In this document: positions 28,477 to 37,918 of the stretch, one piece after another
How the letters are laid out: every line of letters starts with the position of its first letter
How positions within the stretch are numbered: the first letter of the stretch is position 1
Source: an uncultured Candidatus Saccharibacteria bacterium
GTDB lineage: Bacteria; Patescibacteriota; Minisyncoccia; Phycocordibacterales; DATGWK01
Direction: 5' to 3'
Length of the DNA: 64,000 nt
Assembly (NCBI GenBank): GCA_964492195.1
Contig: CAZBJL010000001.1
Location: 79,082 to 143,081 of the forward strand
Program-made: the position numbers and the translations under genes
Notes under the pieces: generated by a model
The model's database searches: none
What the model was told of the DNA's origin: nothing
Seen by the model: only the letters and a program-made list of their open reading frames with translations

Positions 28477-31167
28477 ATGCCTCCATTTAATCACTTCACA
28501 ACCAAAGCCAAAGAAGCCATCAGAAAAGCCCACGAGCTTGCTATTGAACGTGGTCAAAATCACGTAAATCCAATGCATTTATTGGCCGCTTTGATCCTTC
28601 AGGAAGAAAGCATGGTTACCTCTATTTTGGAAAAACTCGACACCGACACTGTTCTTCTTACAGATTCTATCCTCGAAGCTATCGAAAGCCCCGATACTGG
28701 TGGCACCCTTTCTCCTTCATATCAGATTTACCTCACGCCAGAGTTGGCACAGTCGATCGAAAGCAGTACAAAAATTGCTTCGTCACTCCAAGATGAATTT
28801 GTTTCTACCGAGCATTTGTTCTTAGCAATTTTGGATGGTCAAAGTCATGCGCGTGAACTTCTCGCTCGGTTCAAAATCAACAAAGAAAAAGTTTTGAAAG
28901 TTCTCGAAGAACTCAAACGCACAAAAACTGTCGACGCATCGCAGTCTAAAAAACCAAAATCAATTTTGAAATATACTCGAAGTCTTACAAAGCTCGCGCA
29001 AGAAAATAAACTCGACCCTGTCATCGGCCGAGATACAGAAATTTCTCGCATCATTCAAATTCTTTCTCGCCGCAAAAAGAATAATCCAATTCTCATCGGT
29101 GAAGCCGGCGTTGGAAAAACTGCAATCGCCGAAGGTTTGGCAATAAAAATGGCGACAGGGGACGTACCAGAATCTCTTAAAGGCAAAGAACTCGTTTCGC
29201 TCGACCTTGGTTTGCTTATTGCAGGTACCAAATATCGCGGTGAGTTTGAAGAACGTCTCAAAAACATCATAAAAGAAATCGAACGTTCTGAAGGAAAGAT
29301 TATTCTTTTCATTGATGAAATTCACACAATCGTTGGAGCTGGCGCTGCTGAAGGTTCTATTGATGCTTCAAATATGCTCAAACCTCCGCTCGCGCGTGGC
29401 GAACTTCGTGCGATCGGCGCAACAACCCTCAAGGAATACCAAAAATATATTGAAAAGGATCCTGCGCTTACGCGACGTTTCCAGCCAGTGTATGTAAACG
29501 AACCAGCAGTTGAAGATGCGATTGCAATTTTGCGTGGTCTTAAGGACAAATACGAGCTCTATCACGGTGTGCGTATTACTGACGATGCAATTCGGGCAGC
29601 AGTTATTTTAAGCAGTCGTTACATTACAGATCGTTTCTTGCCAGACAAAGCTGTTGACCTCATCGACGAAGCCGCGTCTTTCCGCCGAATTTCTCTCGAA
29701 AATATGCCGCCAGTTCTTGCTGAAGCTCATTCAAAGATTATGCGTCTTGAAATTGAAAAAGAAGCGCTTTCAAAAGAAGTGAAGACGACAAAAAGTGCAA
29801 AAACAAAACTCCGTTTGAAGGAAATTGAAAAAGAAATTGCTGATTTGAAAGAAGAAACATCCGAACTCGAGCTCAAATGGAAAAATGAAAAGGAAACTGT
29901 TAACGAACTCAAGAAAATAAAGAAAGAACTCGAGGCACTTCGTCATGAATCCGAAAGTGCAGAAGTCCGCATCGATCTCGCAAAGGTTGCTGAAATTCGC
30001 TATGGCAAAATCCCCGAACTCGAAAAGGAACTCGATGTAAAAACAAAACGTCTCAAAAAACTCCAAAGTTCACGAAGTATTTTGCGAGAAGAAATCACTG
30101 AACCCGACATTGCCGAAATTGTTTCGCGTTGGACGGGGATTCCGATGGCTCGCATGCTCGAAGCAGAAGCTGAAAAGTTAAGCCGTATGGAAGAATTTCT
30201 CAAGCGACGAATCGTGGGTCAAGATAATGCGGTTAGTGTTATTTCAGACACCGTGAAGCGTTCACGTGCAGGAATTTCTGACCCGAATCGTCCTATCGGT
30301 TCATTCCTTTTTATGGGCCCAACAGGTGTGGGTAAAACAGAACTCACAAAGGCTCTCGCAGAATTTATGTTTGATGATGACAAGGCTCTCATCCGTGTCG
30401 ACATGTCAGAATTCATGGAGAAACATGCAGTTTCTAAACTCATCGGTGCGCCGCCAGGATACGTTGGTTATGAAGAAGGTGGAGCTTTGACTGAACTTGT
30501 TCGTCACCGACCATACGCTGTTATTCTTTTTGACGAAATCGAAAAGGCGCATCCAGAAGTCTTCAATATCCTTCTCCAGGTTTTGGACAACGGTCGTCTT
30601 ACCGATGCCAAAGGCCGTGTCGTGAATTTCAAAAACACTGTCATTGTCCTTACTTCAAATATCGGTGCGCAGTTTATCGACCGAATGCAGAAAATTGGCT
30701 TTGCAGGAGACAAGACAGAAAAGGAATCCTACGAAGAAACAAAAAACCGCCTCATGAATGCGCTTAAGGAATACTTCAAGCCGGAATTCTTGAATCGTCT
30801 TGATGACATTATTATCTTCGATGTCTTGAGCAAAGAGGCAATTATGAATATTGCCAAAATCCAGGTTGAGCTTGTCAAAGAACGTCTCGCCCAGAAAGAA
30901 ATTTCTCTTGAAATCTCACCGCTTGCGATCGAACACTTGGCAAAAGAAGGATACAACCCACAATACGGTGCGCGACCACTTCGTCGACTTATTCAGAGTA
31001 AAATCCTCAATCAAGTCGCGTCACTTATTATTTCAAAGGGAATTGTAAGGGGCGGAATTGTGGTTGTTGATGTAAAAAATGGTGAGTTTACGTTTGATGT
31101 AAAGAAAGGCCGCAAAGGAAGTCTTGTTGATGAGCCGATTCTTTCGACCGAGCCAGTCACACAGTAA
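28477..31167 (+). CDS. clpB: ATP-dependent chaperone ClpB
   Basis: [16 protein letters not shown], long coiled-coil M domain, [24 protein letters not shown]. Confidence 0.93.
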   Translation: MPPFNHFTTKAKEAIRKAHELAIERGQNHVNPMHLLAALILQEESMVTSILEKLDTDTVLLTDSILEAIESPDTGGTLSPSYQIYLTPELAQSIESSTKIASSLQDEFVSTEHLFLAILDGQSHARELLARFKINKEKVLKVLEELKRTKTVDASQSKKPKSILKYTRSLTKLAQENKLDPVIGRDTEISRIIQILSRRKKNNPILIGEAGVGKTAIAEGLAIKMATGDVPESLKGKELVSLDLGLLIAGTKYRGEFEERLKNIIKEIERSEGKIILFIDEIHTIVGAGAAEGSIDASNMLKPPLARGELRAIGATTLKEYQKYIEKDPALTRRFQPVYVNEPAVEDAIAILRGLKDKYELYHGVRITDDAIRAAVILSSRYITDRFLPDKAVDLIDEAASFRRISLENMPPVLAEAHSKIMRLEIEKEALSKEVKTTKSAKTKLRLKEIEKEIADLKEETSELELKWKNEKETVNELKKIKKELEALRHESESAEVRIDLAKVAEIRYGKIPELEKELDVKTKRLKKLQSSRSILREEITEPDIAEIVSRWTGIPMARMLEAEAEKLSRMEEFLKRRIVGQDNAVSVISDTVKRSRAGISDPNRPIGSFLFMGPTGVGKTELTKALAEFMFDDDKALIRVDMSEFMEKHAVSKLIGAPPGYVGYEEGGALTELVRHRPYAVILFDEIEKAHPEVFNILLQVLDNGRLTDAKGRVVNFKNTVIVLTSNIGAQFIDRMQKIGFAGDKTEKESYEETKNRLMNALKEYFKPEFLNRLDDIIIFDVLSKEAIMNIAKIQVELVKERLAQKEISLEISPLAIEHLAKEGYNPQYGARPLRRLIQSKILNQVASLIISKGIVRGGIVVVDVKNGEFTFDVKKGRKGSLVDEPILSTEPVTQ

Positions 31168-31229
31168 AAAACGAGAAAAACCGCTCCGACTATGCCCGAA
31201 GCGGTTTTTCCTATACAATAGTCGACATT

Positions 31230-31313
31230 GCGTAGGTGGCGGAGCGGTCAATCGCAACAGACTGTAAATCTGTCGACCATTGGTCTTCGCAGGTTCGAAT
31301 CCTGCCCTACGCA
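31230..31313 (+). tRNA. tRNA-Tyr(GTA)
   Basis: GCGTAGG...CCTACGC-A; anticodon arm ACAGA-CTGTAAA-TCTGT. Confidence 0.95.
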
Positions 31314-31361
31314 CCGTAGTTTTGCTGTTCTTTTAATATCGGCTCACGTTTGGAGGGAACT

Positions 31362-31538
31362 ATGTCCAAGAAAGAAAGAGGACTGGATGGTTTTGTAGAG
31401 CGAATGATGCAAGAAAGAGGAGATCAAGTTGCCTGCATGCAAAAGCAAGCACGGTTGAACTTCCGTCTGGGTCTCGTGGTGGGTTTGTTTTTCGGTGTAT
31501 TACTTGGTGTTATGGTTGTTTCTGTCTTTAGCCGCTAA
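31362..31538 (+). CDS. small tail-anchored membrane protein
   Basis: SD GGAGG; C-terminal GxxxG-rich TM helix; AGCCGC-TAACA-GCGGCT-T run terminator. Confidence 0.6.
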   Translation: MSKKERGLDGFVERMMQERGDQVACMQKQARLNFRLGLVVGLFFGVLLGVMVVSVFSR

Positions 31539-31586
31539 CAGCGGCTTTTTCTTTTCCAACAAAGTAAAGTCTGTTAATCTTCATAC

Positions 31587-32717
31587 ATGCAAGACTCCGA
31601 AACAAAAGGCCTTCGAACATGGATTGAAATTGATCGTGCGGCAATTGCGCATAATTACTCTTTACTCAGAAGCCTTCTTTCGCCTAAAACAAAATTCATG
31701 GCCGTGGTGAAGTCCAATGCCTACGGACACAACTTTATCGACTTTTCTAAAGAAATCGCCAAGCTTGGTGCGGATTGGCTTGGGGTCGATTCTATTGTTG
31801 AAGGTTTGGCATTACGTAAAGAGGGAATTAAAAATCCGATTCTGGTTTTGGGTTACACCTTGCCTGAACGTCTCGCAGAGGCAGCAGAAGCACATATTTC
31901 TCTTACCGTTTCGACATTTGAAACACTCGAAGCAATTTCAAAGCTAGACACTGCACTTTCTATTCATATCAAAGTCGATACTGGCATGCATCGGCAAGGC
32001 TTCCAAGCAGAACAGATGCAAGAAGTGATTTCGACTCTCACATCTTTGCCGAAACATATTTCTGTTGAAGGTTTGTTTACTCATTTTGCTGCAGCAAAAA
32101 ATCCTGGGACGACAGAAAAAACTCTCGCCCAGATCGCAGAGTTTGAAATGTGGCAAAAAGCTTTTGGTGATGCAGGATTTTCTCCGCTCATTCATGCGTC
32201 TGCAAGCGCAGGTGCGATGGTCTACCCGCAGGCTCACTTCGATATGGTGCGTTTTGGGATTGCGATGTATGGAGTCTGGCCATCTTCTGAAGTGAAGGGA
32301 TCCGAAAAGGGTATGGATTTGAAACCGATTCTTTCCTGGAAAACGATTATTGGTGAAATAAAAAATGTAAAAAAGGGAGAAGGGGTTGGGTATGATTTTA
32401 CAAACATATTGAAACGAGATTCAAAACTCGCCATTTGTCCGATTGGGTATTGGCATGGTTTGCCTCGTTCTGTTTCAAACAATGGAAGCGTGCTTGTCTG
32501 TGGAGCGCGCGCACCGATCACTGGCCGAGTTTCTATGGATATGATTACGATTGATGTAACTGATATTCCTGACGCAAAGGTGGGAAGTGTCGTCACTATC
32601 ATTGGCCGAGATGGCGGAGAAGAAATCCGCGCCGACAAAATCGCAGATCCAGAAAGGACTTCAGAATACGAGATCATTACAAGAATCAATCCGTTGATTA
32701 AGAGGATTTTTGTGTAG
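31587..32717 (+). CDS. alr: alanine racemase
   Basis: AVVKSNAYGH PLP lysine, HIKVDTGMHRQG, GRVSMD. Confidence 0.97.
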   Translation: MQDSETKGLRTWIEIDRAAIAHNYSLLRSLLSPKTKFMAVVKSNAYGHNFIDFSKEIAKLGADWLGVDSIVEGLALRKEGIKNPILVLGYTLPERLAEAAEAHISLTVSTFETLEAISKLDTALSIHIKVDTGMHRQGFQAEQMQEVISTLTSLPKHISVEGLFTHFAAAKNPGTTEKTLAQIAEFEMWQKAFGDAGFSPLIHASASAGAMVYPQAHFDMVRFGIAMYGVWPSSEVKGSEKGMDLKPILSWKTIIGEIKNVKKGEGVGYDFTNILKRDSKLAICPIGYWHGLPRSVSNNGSVLVCGARAPITGRVSMDMITIDVTDIPDAKVGSVVTIIGRDGGEEIRADKIADPERTSEYEIITRINPLIKRIFV

Positions 32718-32739
32718 TAATGAATTGTATTTCTATTCC

Positions 32740-32888
32740 AATCCAGCTCTAAAGGAGGGTTTCGCAGCCCCTCACAAGGAGGGACAAGTCAGACCGGACT
32801 TTCGTCTGGTATTTCTCGAAAGTCCGGTCGTGGGCGAGAAGAGCGAAATTTCAGCAGAAATTTACGCGCCCTCCTGAAGAGCTGGATT
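32740..32888. repeat. structured intergenic repeat, copy C (core on minus strand)
   Basis: AATCCAGCTCT/AGAGCTGGATT and AGGAGGG/CCCTCCT stems; minus-strand core GCG(T)AAATTTC-TGCT-GAAATTTCGC-TCTTCTCG-long hairpins-CTGCG. Confidence 0.75.
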
Positions 32889-32937
32889 ACGCCATATCTT
32901 GCCTTTTTTGCACGTTTACTGTATATTTTCTCTCACT

Positions 32938-33096
32938 ATGTCACAAGACCATTTGATCAAACTTACCTGCACGAAATGCAAAGAAGTTAATTACTATACG
33001 ACTAAAAATCGTAAATCTGTTGAACGTAAAATAGAATTGAAGAAATTCTGCAAAACCTGCAAAAAGAGAACTCCTCACAAGGAATCTAAAAAGTAA
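32938..33096 (+). CDS. rpmG: 50S ribosomal protein L33
   Basis: IKLTCTKC...NYYTTKN...ELKKFC..C..TPHKE; start at MSQD. Confidence 0.95.
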   Translation: MSQDHLIKLTCTKCKEVNYYTTKNRKSVERKIELKKFCKTCKKRTPHKESKK

Positions 33097-33163
33097 TTTC
33101 TCCAAAATCGGCCTTCGGGCCGGTTTTGATTATGACCTCTCCCTCTGGTACGATGTACTCCGA

Positions 33164-33235
33164 GGGTCCATAGTTTCAATGGTAAAACGTCGGTTTCCAA
33201 AACCGCTGTTCCCCGTTCGAGTCGGGGTGGACCCG
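33164..33235 (+). tRNA. tRNA-Trp(CCA)
   Basis: GGGTCCA...TGGACCC-G; anticodon loop TTCCAAA. Confidence 0.92.
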
Positions 33236-33389
33236 CTTTCTCGTGCAGTGTTCAAGACGCGTTGTTTTTTAAATTCATAAAAATATAAATAAAAAAACCG
33301 CATCAGGAAGTTGCCGCGGTCGGTTGGCACTTTTGTATAAAAGAAAACCACCATCTTGCGACAGGGTTTCCTGTGCGAGACGGTGGTTG

Positions 33390-33659
33390 TTACCATCCGT
33401 TGAGGCATAGCCGTAATGTAGCGATGGTCCACATGACGACTAATCCGTAGATGTCTGCTGGAATGGTTTTTTTGGCACCGGAAGTGATTCCGTAACCAAT
33501 ACGACCAATAAAGATTGTTCCAGACAGAAAGGCGAAAATAAAACTGCTGTGCACCTGGCCCCTGGTGATGCCTGAATAAATCTCATAGCCACCACCAAAC
33601 GTTACATATGTGAACACCAATATCTTGGTGATCCACGCCCACATGACGTCCTTTTTCAT
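33390..33659 (-). CDS. small orphan membrane protein, stand-alone cassette
   Basis: SD GGAGGTG before MKKDV; TTGACA-17-TAATAT; hairpins downstream; three hydrophobic segments. Confidence 0.65.
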   Translation of the reverse strand: MKKDVMWAWITKILVFTYVTFGGGYEIYSGITRGQVHSSFIFAFLSGTIFIGRIGYGITSGAKKTIPADIYGLVVMWTIATLRLCLNGW

Positions 33660-33798
33660 GGAACACCTCCATAATTCAAGGTACTTAATTCCTGCATACA
33701 TACAGGATTTACTACTGAATATTAGCATATTTACGGTAGTTTGTCAATGATAGGCGAAATACCGTCTGAATTAGGTTCAAATGCTATACTTTTAAAAA

Positions 33799-34461
33799 AT
33801 GGAACATTTTCCAACAAAGGATAGGCTGCACACAGATGTTCTTGAGGCCCAATATGGACCGATCCATTCTGTAGTTTTGCGTCATGATGATTCTATCCGA
33901 GAAGCAAAATTGGTCGATGAAAATAATATCTTGAGAACGTACGCACTTACGTTTCTTGATTATGATAAAGCTAATAAAGAAATTTCTGAGATAGACCACG
34001 AAATTAGAAATGGTGGTCTTATCGGAAAAACTTTTAGAGAACACGGATATACAATTAAGAAAAATGTTATTGATGTTTTTCTAATTTCGATTCCTGAATG
34101 GATGAAAAAAGATTTTCAAACTAACTCTGATCAGGCTAAAGCAAGAATTTCAGAATTTTACGCAAAGAAAGAAGGGTATACACCTCTTGTTTATGGAAAA
34201 GTATTAGAGATTTATTCGCCTGATTTCAGAAATCCAAAAGATGGAATAAATAATATAGATACCGATCAGGTTAATCCTGTTACGACCACTCTTGTTGAAG
34301 CGGGCATTCCAATAGAGGAGGTGTGGAGTCGACTTGATAGGGCAACGGAAAGGAACGAATGGGACGATGTTAAAAATAAGTTTGATCTGGCTGTAAGAAA
34401 CAGCATTTCAATGGTTGCTGAATTGCATCGGAAAACCGATGAATATTTACAATCTAGGTAG
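33799..34461 (+). CDS. hypothetical protein
   Basis: 220 aa AT-rich ORF; TATACT 8 nt before ATG. Confidence 0.7.
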   Translation: MEHFPTKDRLHTDVLEAQYGPIHSVVLRHDDSIREAKLVDENNILRTYALTFLDYDKANKEISEIDHEIRNGGLIGKTFREHGYTIKKNVIDVFLISIPEWMKKDFQTNSDQAKARISEFYAKKEGYTPLVYGKVLEIYSPDFRNPKDGINNIDTDQVNPVTTTLVEAGIPIEEVWSRLDRATERNEWDDVKNKFDLAVRNSISMVAELHRKTDEYLQSR

Positions 34462-34558
34462 TTATTTACCTGCACGAATGGCTTTGCGCAAGTAGTGTAA
34501 AATATACCTATTTCCGTCAATCTGGGCTTGACCACTCACGGTTCGAGCTCGAGACGGT

Positions 34559-34625
34559 CCGCCTTCGCTCCGCCGTAGCTCACTTGTGAGCGAAGGCGAG
34601 CTTCAGTTGCAGCGTAGCTATGGCG
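34559..34625. repeat. nested REP-like palindromes
   Basis: CGCCTTCGCTC/GAGCGAAGGCG and CGCCGTAGCT/AGCTATGGCG complementary pairs. Confidence 0.55.
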
Positions 34626-34701
34626 TAGGAACCCCGCCCATTAAAGTCTCTTAAAAATAAATAATAAAAAATCCCCCACACGTTCGTGCGGGGGAGGTGA
34701 T

Positions 34702-35193
34702 TCACAATTCGAGTTGTCCGGTGATTGCTCGAGCAACCTGGGATAGTTTCTGAAGACAGGCTTCGTACGCCTTGTCGCGTTTCCTGCCCGCTGGTTCGAG
34801 TTTGGGATCACTGACGCCGTCTTCTTCGGGGTTAATGAGCTCAATTCGAGCTCGCGGAAAGGTAAGGCGAGAAGTTCGGAGAAAATCTCGGACCTCGGCA
34901 TCAACACAAAGCACAAGCTGGAAGGAGTTCAAATCGATTTCATCGATACGTTGACTTCGGTGCTGCATAAGTCCAAGACCAACTTCTTGGAGGAGTCTAT
35001 CCGCAGTCGCATCCATTTTTTCGCGAACTTTCCTTACACCAATCCCAGCGCTGGCCACATTGAACTTGTGGCCATTGCTGAACAACTCCTGCATGATGAA
35101 CACCTTGAGTGCCGGCGCTCGGCAGGTGTCTGTACTGTCGACGCAGAGAATGTTTCGGATCGCAATAGCTCTCGATTTTCTTTTCTTACCCAC
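34702..35193 (-). CDS. low-molecular-weight phosphatase (LMWPc) homologue, degenerate
   Basis: ILCVDSTDTCRA P-loop variant, VASAGI, H.S..I, DP; GTG start with SD AGGAG. Confidence 0.7.
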   Translation of the reverse strand: MGKKRKSRAIAIRNILCVDSTDTCRAPALKVFIMQELFSNGHKFNVASAGIGVRKVREKMDATADRLLQEVGLGLMQHRSQRIDEIDLNSFQLVLCVDAEVRDFLRTSRLTFPRARIELINPEEDGVSDPKLEPAGRKRDKAYEACLQKLSQVARAITGQLEL

Positions 35194-35279
35194 GTTCCGC
35201 TCCTTTTTAGGTTGGTGTTGTGTTCAAATTCTGGCAACAGTGTGACATATCTTGAGGGAAAATCAAGAGCATTGCATAT

Positions 35280-36182
35280 TTATATATTCAAAAACTGTTC
35301 GACGTGCTTTTCTATTTCATTCAAGGATTTTGGATGAAACCAGGTAATTCGTGTGTCTTTTCTAAACCAAGTCCTTTGTTTTTTTGCGAATTGCCAGATA
35401 TGGAGTTCGAGATCTGCTATCATTTTTTCTCTACTTATTTTGTGTTGCAGAAATTCAGCAATCGAACGATATTCCAAACCAAAACTCTCAAGCCTTTTCC
35501 ATGAAAGACCATTTTTGTGCAAGACTTCCACCTCTGCAATCATTCCTTCGTCGATTCTTGTTTTGAGTCGTGTGTTGATTTTATTTTGTAATTCCTCGTC
35601 AGACAATTCTGTGCCAATGAAAAGTGGGGAATAAAGTTCTGGACCTTTTTTGATTCTGGGAACGGTACCAAGTGCAGTGGCAATTTCTATTGCGCGTACG
35701 AGTCGTACCGGATTATCTTTGTCTATGGTTTTGAAACGTTTTGGATCTAATTCTTCGAGAATTTCACACAGTTCCTCTACACTTTTTTTCTCTAGTTTTT
35801 TGCGAAGTGTAAGGTTTGGTGCGACATTCGGAAAAAGAATGGAATCAACAAGGGCTTGAATATAAAATCGAGATCCGCCGCAAATGATCGGTACCTTACC
35901 TCGACTTACAATCTCCTTAATTTTTTCTTGACCCAGCTTCTGAAACTCTGCGACTGTAAAAACTTTTTTGGGTGAAGCAATGTCGAGAAGATAATGAGCA
36001 ATTCCCTCCATTTCTTTTTCCGTAATTTTGCCACTGCCAAGGTTGAGGCCTTTGTAAACCTGTCTTGAGTCAGCAGAAATTACTTCGCCATTGTATGTGT
36101 GTGCGAGTGTGACCGCGAGAGCACTTTTGCCAGAAGCCGTCGGGCCGACGACAACGAGTATGTTGGGTGTATGTTTTGCCAC
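35280..36182 (-). CDS. miaA: tRNA dimethylallyltransferase
   Basis: GPTASGKS, ISADSRQVY, AKKQ.TWF. Confidence 0.96.
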   Translation of the reverse strand: MAKHTPNILVVVGPTASGKSALAVTLAHTYNGEVISADSRQVYKGLNLGSGKITEKEMEGIAHYLLDIASPKKVFTVAEFQKLGQEKIKEIVSRGKVPIICGGSRFYIQALVDSILFPNVAPNLTLRKKLEKKSVEELCEILEELDPKRFKTIDKDNPVRLVRAIEIATALGTVPRIKKGPELYSPLFIGTELSDEELQNKINTRLKTRIDEGMIAEVEVLHKNGLSWKRLESFGLEYRSIAEFLQHKISREKMIADLELHIWQFAKKQRTWFRKDTRITWFHPKSLNEIEKHVEQFLNI

Positions 36183-36192
36183 AAAACGAATG

Positions 36193-36274
36193 TGCCGGGA
36201 GAGAGAATCGAACTCTCAAGGATTGCTCCGCACGATTTTGAGTCGTGTGCGTCTACCAATTCCGCCATCCCGGC
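36193..36274 (-). tRNA. tRNA-Leu(CAA)
   Basis: GCCGGGA...TCCCGGC-A; anticodon arm CACGA-CTCAAAA-TCGTG. Confidence 0.95.
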
Positions 36275-36353
36275 AGAGCTTCACTTTACTAGAAAAGCCC
36301 CAAAAATCAACGGTGCCGGTATTCTCGTAAAATCAATATGCTAAAATACTTCC

Positions 36354-37364
36354 ATGTCTTATTACTATAACGATTCGATTTTCTGGGTTGATGTCGACAA
36401 AATAAAACCAAACCCATTCCAGCCGCGCAAAGAATTCGACCAAGCACAGCTCGAAAGTCTCGCAGATTCTATAAAACAATACGGCGTTTTGCAGGCGCTC
36501 GTGGTAACGCGTAAGGAGTTTGAAAAGGAAGACGGTGGCCTCGGTGTCGAGTACGAACTCATTGCGGGGGAACGTCGCCTCCGTGCGTCCAAGCTCGCAG
36601 GTTTGAGTCAGTTGCCTGTGCTCATCAAGACTGGCAATGAAACCGACCAGATGAAGCTTGAGCTCGCAATTATCGAGAACATTCAGCGAGAAGATTTGAG
36701 TCCAATCGATCGCGCTCGAGCTTTCGAAAAATTGGCAAATGAATTTAGATTCAAACATGCAGAAATTGCACGAAAGGTTGGTAAGAGTCGCGAATATGTT
36801 TCAAACACTATTCGAATTCTCACATTGCCCGCAGAAATTTTAGATGCACTTGCGAAAGGACAAATTTCCGAAGGTCATACACGACCGATGCTCATGTTGG
36901 GCGACCGGCCAGAAGAACAGCGAACGCTTTTCAAAGAAATTTTGTTAAAAAAATTAACTGTCCGCGAAGCTGAAGCAATTTCTCGCAAAGTCGCATACGA
37001 CAAAGTTCGCAATCGCGTCTACATCCAAGATCCAGAAATTGTTGAACTCGAGGCGAAAATCAGTGCCTCACTTGGTACACGTGTTTCTATTGAGAAAAAA
37101 GATAACGGCGGCAAACTTACAATCGATTTCTTTTCTGCAGATGATTTGCACACGATTCTCGACCTCATAAAATCAAATCAAAAATATAATCCGGACGTGA
37201 TGCTCGACAATCATGTTTCTAAAAAGAGTGGGGAAGCGAAAGTGGAAAATACAGAAACTTCGCTCCCAGATGTATCACCAGAATTTGTTGACGATCGAAC
37301 TCCAGAACAAAAACAAAAAGAAGATAATGAGGAATTGTATTCAGTGACAAACTTTTCTTTGTAA
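36354..37364 (+). CDS. parB: ParB/Spo0J chromosome partition protein
   Basis: PNPFQPRKEF, IAGERRLRA, ENIQREDL, HTH. Confidence 0.95.
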   Translation: MSYYYNDSIFWVDVDKIKPNPFQPRKEFDQAQLESLADSIKQYGVLQALVVTRKEFEKEDGGLGVEYELIAGERRLRASKLAGLSQLPVLIKTGNETDQMKLELAIIENIQREDLSPIDRARAFEKLANEFRFKHAEIARKVGKSREYVSNTIRILTLPAEILDALAKGQISEGHTRPMLMLGDRPEEQRTLFKEILLKKLTVREAEAISRKVAYDKVRNRVYIQDPEIVELEAKISASLGTRVSIEKKDNGGKLTIDFFSADDLHTILDLIKSNQKYNPDVMLDNHVSKKSGEAKVENTETSLPDVSPEFVDDRTPEQKQKEDNEELYSVTNFSL

Positions 37365-37407
37365 TAAAAAACGCCACGATGTGTGGCGTTGTGAGGTAAT
37401 CCTCTGT

Positions 37408-37494
37408 TTATAACCGTGCCAGGATGAGCAGGATCAGAAAGACAAAGATGCTGATTTCTACAAAGGTGAGTGGGCGACGCGCCCGGGCAGACAT
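37408..37494 (-). CDS. 28-aa hydrophobic peptide (prepilin-like N-terminus)
   Basis: Manual translation MSARARRPLTFVEISIFVFLILLILARL*; SD GAGGAG 7 nt upstream. Confidence 0.5.
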   Translation of the reverse strand: MSARARRPLTFVEISIFVFLILLILARL

Positions 37495-37520
37495 ACCTGT
37501 GCTCCTCTCTCCGATGTTGT

Positions 37521-37829
37521 TCAGAAGAACCCTGAAATGAATGGAAGATCACGAGCTTCAGTCGCTTCCCTCGTCTCAATGACCTTGTGGGTGAAGTTGA
37601 CGTGGCCCGTGATCTCTTCGATCAAACCCCTTTCAACCTCGCCCTTGAGAAGCAAGACTGCGGGGAATGCCACATGGCCCGAGACAGCAAACTCATCTCT
37701 TTCCCTCGCTTCTCTGAATGCGTTTTCGAGCCTGGTTCGTGCCTCGGTTTCCCACATTCCGGTCAGGGTGATGATCACCGTGACGAAGATTGTCTCACTT
37801 GCAATTGTTCCGCCGGTACTATTTTTCAA
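37521..37829 (-). CDS. orphan hypothetical protein, stand-alone cassette
   Basis: TTG start with SD AAGGAGG; TTGACT-16-TATCGT upstream. Confidence 0.6.
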   Translation of the reverse strand: MKNSTGGTIASETIFVTVIITLTGMWETEARTRLENAFREARERDEFAVSGHVAFPAVLLLKGEVERGLIEEITGHVNFTHKVIETREATEARDLPFISGFF

Positions 37830-37918
37830 TGTGTCTCCTCCTTGGGTTATAAGGTGCTGATGTGAAAGTCCGAATAGACGATAACATTTTTCACCATTTA
37901 GTCAAATCAACGCCAAAT

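Noticed and set aside
33164-33235. Possible UGA recoding (code 25)
   Set aside because: tRNA-Trp has a CCA anticodon and TGA ends conserved genes such as gyrA at the expected length.
36275-37400. parS site or parA near parB
   Set aside because: No TGTTTCACGTGAAACA-like palindrome seen and no adjacent ParA.
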